This document shows positions 62,098 through 64,000 of a stretch of 64,000 bases of DNA, one piece after another (position 1 is the stretch's first letter; each line of letters begins with the position of its first letter). A program made the position numbers and the translations under genes. Source of the DNA: Candidatus Cloacimonadota bacterium (GTDB lineage Bacteria; Cloacimonadota; Cloacimonadia; Cloacimonadales; TCS61); assembly GCA_030600585.1 (NCBI GenBank), contig JAUVLU010000003.1, forward strand, positions 13,871-77,870. The letters are read 5' to 3'. The notes under the pieces are model-generated. The model saw only the letters and a list, made by a program, of their open reading frames with translations. It made no database searches and had not been told where the DNA came from.

Positions 62098-63222
62098 TCA
62101 CAAACTCCTCACCCACTCCTCAAAAACAGGATTAATGACTTCATAACTTCCGCTGATTTTTTGGATTAAATTTTTCTTCATCAAAGATTTAATTGTAGAT
62201 GTTAATGATGATGTTTCGGGTAAATTGAATTTTTTGCGATATTCTCCCGAAAACAGTTTTTCATCTTTCAAATTTGAGATCGCAATCAGAGTTCTTCTTT
62301 GATTCAAACTCAATTGATCATAAATGTTTTGGAAGATCAACGACTGTCCTGCCACTATTCGTTGTAACCATTTTGATTTGAATACAGGACATTCCTGATC
62401 TTCTCCTTCCATAATCATATCCCAAACAAATGATGCAAAATGTTGGGTGAAATGCGGATGACAACGAGATTCCGATAAAATTTCCGCTATCGTTCTATCA
62501 CTAATAATCTGACCTGTTTTTTTGAATTGTCGTTTGATATATTTTGTCAGGTCTTTCTCTGATATCGGATCGACATTCATTTTGAAGCCGTATTCATAAA
62601 AAGGCGAATTCGTATCAGAGAAAGTATATTCCATTAAAGATTGCTGACTTCCCAAAAAAATGTATGAAACATTTTTATGAAATTGAAAATTTGAACGCAT
62701 CCAGTTTATTATAAAGGGTTTTATTCGATAAACTTCCTGAAATTCATCAAACGCAATACAAATATTCTTATTTCCTGCAATTTTTTCCGGTACGTTCAAG
62801 ATTGTTTCTAAGTCAGATTGATTCTCAATGTTTTGTGTTTCAAATGATAAAGTTGAATTTCCAAGAGCATCGATTGAAAATTTCGGATAAAGTCCTTTGA
62901 AATATTCAGCAACTTTTTTAGTTAGTTTTTCGATACCTATTTTCCAATTGAATAGATTTTTTACTAAAACTTGTGAATATTTTCTCGCAAAATCATCGGG
63001 GTTAAGAACATTATAAAGATCAAAATAGATGGTAATTATGTCTTTTTCTTTTAATGTCTCAAATGCTTTTAATATCAGCGATGTTTTACCAAATCTTCTG
63101 GGAGAATACATCCAGAAAGATTGTCCGTTTATCATTGCTCGATGGATCCTTTTTATTTCTTCTTCTCTATTACAGAAATTTTCACCTGTTACAACTTCTC
63201 CGTATTTGAATGGATTTTCCAT
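62098..63222 (-). CDS. AAA+ ATPase (archaeal-ATPase-like) with a C-terminal winged helix
   Basis: NPFKYG...FCNREEE, SPRRFGKTS (Walker A), IAFDEFQ (Walker B), GSQQSLM. Confidence 0.87.
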   Translation of the reverse strand: MENPFKYGEVVTGENFCNREEEIKRIHRAMINGQSFWMYSPRRFGKTSLILKAFETLKEKDIITIYFDLYNVLNPDDFARKYSQVLVKNLFNWKIGIEKLTKKVAEYFKGLYPKFSIDALGNSTLSFETQNIENQSDLETILNVPEKIAGNKNICIAFDEFQEVYRIKPFIINWMRSNFQFHKNVSYIFLGSQQSLMEYTFSDTNSPFYEYGFKMNVDPISEKDLTKYIKRQFKKTGQIISDRTIAEILSESRCHPHFTQHFASFVWDMIMEGEDQECPVFKSKWLQRIVAGQSLIFQNIYDQLSLNQRRTLIAISNLKDEKLFSGEYRKKFNLPETSSLTSTIKSLMKKNLIQKISGSYEVINPVFEEWVRSL

Positions 63223-63430
63223 AAAACCTCTTCTCAGGTCGCTGTTTTACGACACGCTCTTCTGCGACCTATTTAACTCACTATATTACGCAACGTAATT
63301 TTACGACCTAACAATTTATGTCAAACTATTTTTAGATTCGAAAATTCAAATCGCAATTTTTGCGACTCGCAATCCAACGACCTGAATATTACGCAATTTT
63401 ACGTAACGCACTTTTGCGTAATTTTTATTT

Positions 63431-64000
63431 TCACTCTGTGTTCTCCGTGCGCTCTGTGGTTATATATTCCACAATATTCCTAAATATCTTCAACCCTTCC
63501 CCATCTTCTGAAATCTCAGGATTTTGTCGTTTAAGTTGTCCCCAATTGGGATGGTTATACAAACTAAGAAATGCTTCCGGATGCGGCATCATACCAAGGA
63601 TCTGTCCTGTTGGATCGGTAAGTGCGGCGCAATCCAGATCTGCCCCATTTGGATTTTGAGGATACTCAGACGTGATATTCCCATCAGCATCACAATAACT
63701 GAAAACATTCAGATTATTATCCAGAATATTCGTTTTAATCTCTTCATCTTTGATAATCAGTTTTCCTTCACCATGCCGTACAGGACAAGGCATGATATCA
63801 ATATCTTTTAAAAATGGAGTTTCGCAATTCGGATTCTTTTTAAGATGAACCCAGCGATCCTCGTATTTTGCAGAATTATTTCTGGTAAGAGTAACTTCCT
63901 GTTCAAATTTACCATTTGTATTTGGCAAAAGACCCATTTTTACCAGAAATTGAAAACCGTTACAAATACCCAAAATAAATTTCCCATCATCCAAAAATTT
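63431..64000 (-). CDS. purQ: FGAM synthase glutaminase subunit, 3' part (start outside window)
   Basis: GICNGFQ, RHGEG, NPNG, GMMPHPE; tail TTERTENTE encoded by a repeat arm. Confidence 0.92.
   Translation of the reverse strand, partial: KFLDDGKFILGICNGFQFLVKMGLLPNTNGKFEQEVTLTRNNSAKYEDRWVHLKKNPNCETPFLKDIDIMPCPVRHGEGKLIIKDEEIKTNILDNNLNVFSYCDADGNITSEYPQNPNGADLDCAALTDPTGQILGMMPHPEAFLSLYNHPNWGQLKRQNPEISEDGEGLKIFRNIVEYITTERTENTE

Noticed and set aside
63280-63300. PurR box
   Set aside because: Only partly resembles ACGCAAACGTTTGCGT and lies downstream of purQ, upstream of the ATPase, not at the operon start.

Overview
AT-rich bacterial chromosome segment, mostly minus-strand genes. The repertoire suggests an anaerobic, amino-acid-fermenting diderm; Cloacimonadota-like is my inference, not something the sequence proves. 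Housekeeping content: recQ (frameshifted), rimO, DUF1015, ileS, rlmD, two different glutamate dehydrogenases downstream of two tandem receiver/PPDK-like proteins, an envelope/glycosylation block, recR-ybaB-rsmI, a nucleoside ABC transporter, kbl/tdh/acpS, a stand-alone EF-G, and a purine cluster (purQ, purH, fused purC-purE, purD, purN, guaA). No rRNA, tRNA or CRISPR array was recognised. Best leads: (1) a four-gene AT-rich insert between fusA and guaA encoding three PD-(D/E)xK nucleases, one fused to leucine-rich repeats, behind an operator-like palindrome (candidate undescribed defence system); (2) the two-GDH plus two receiver-ATP-grasp-His-domain locus (candidate regulatory phosphotransfer module); (3) several small palindromic repeat families at stop codons and ribosome-binding sites, some nested in each other, with two candidate mobilisers in place (a RAYT transposase and a GxxExxY protein); (4) an animal-PAICS-like PurC/class II PurE fusion; (5) a 791-aa Zn-ribbon/nuclease protein plus AAA ATPase interrupting the pur cluster. 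Family names come from motif recognition only; no searches were run.
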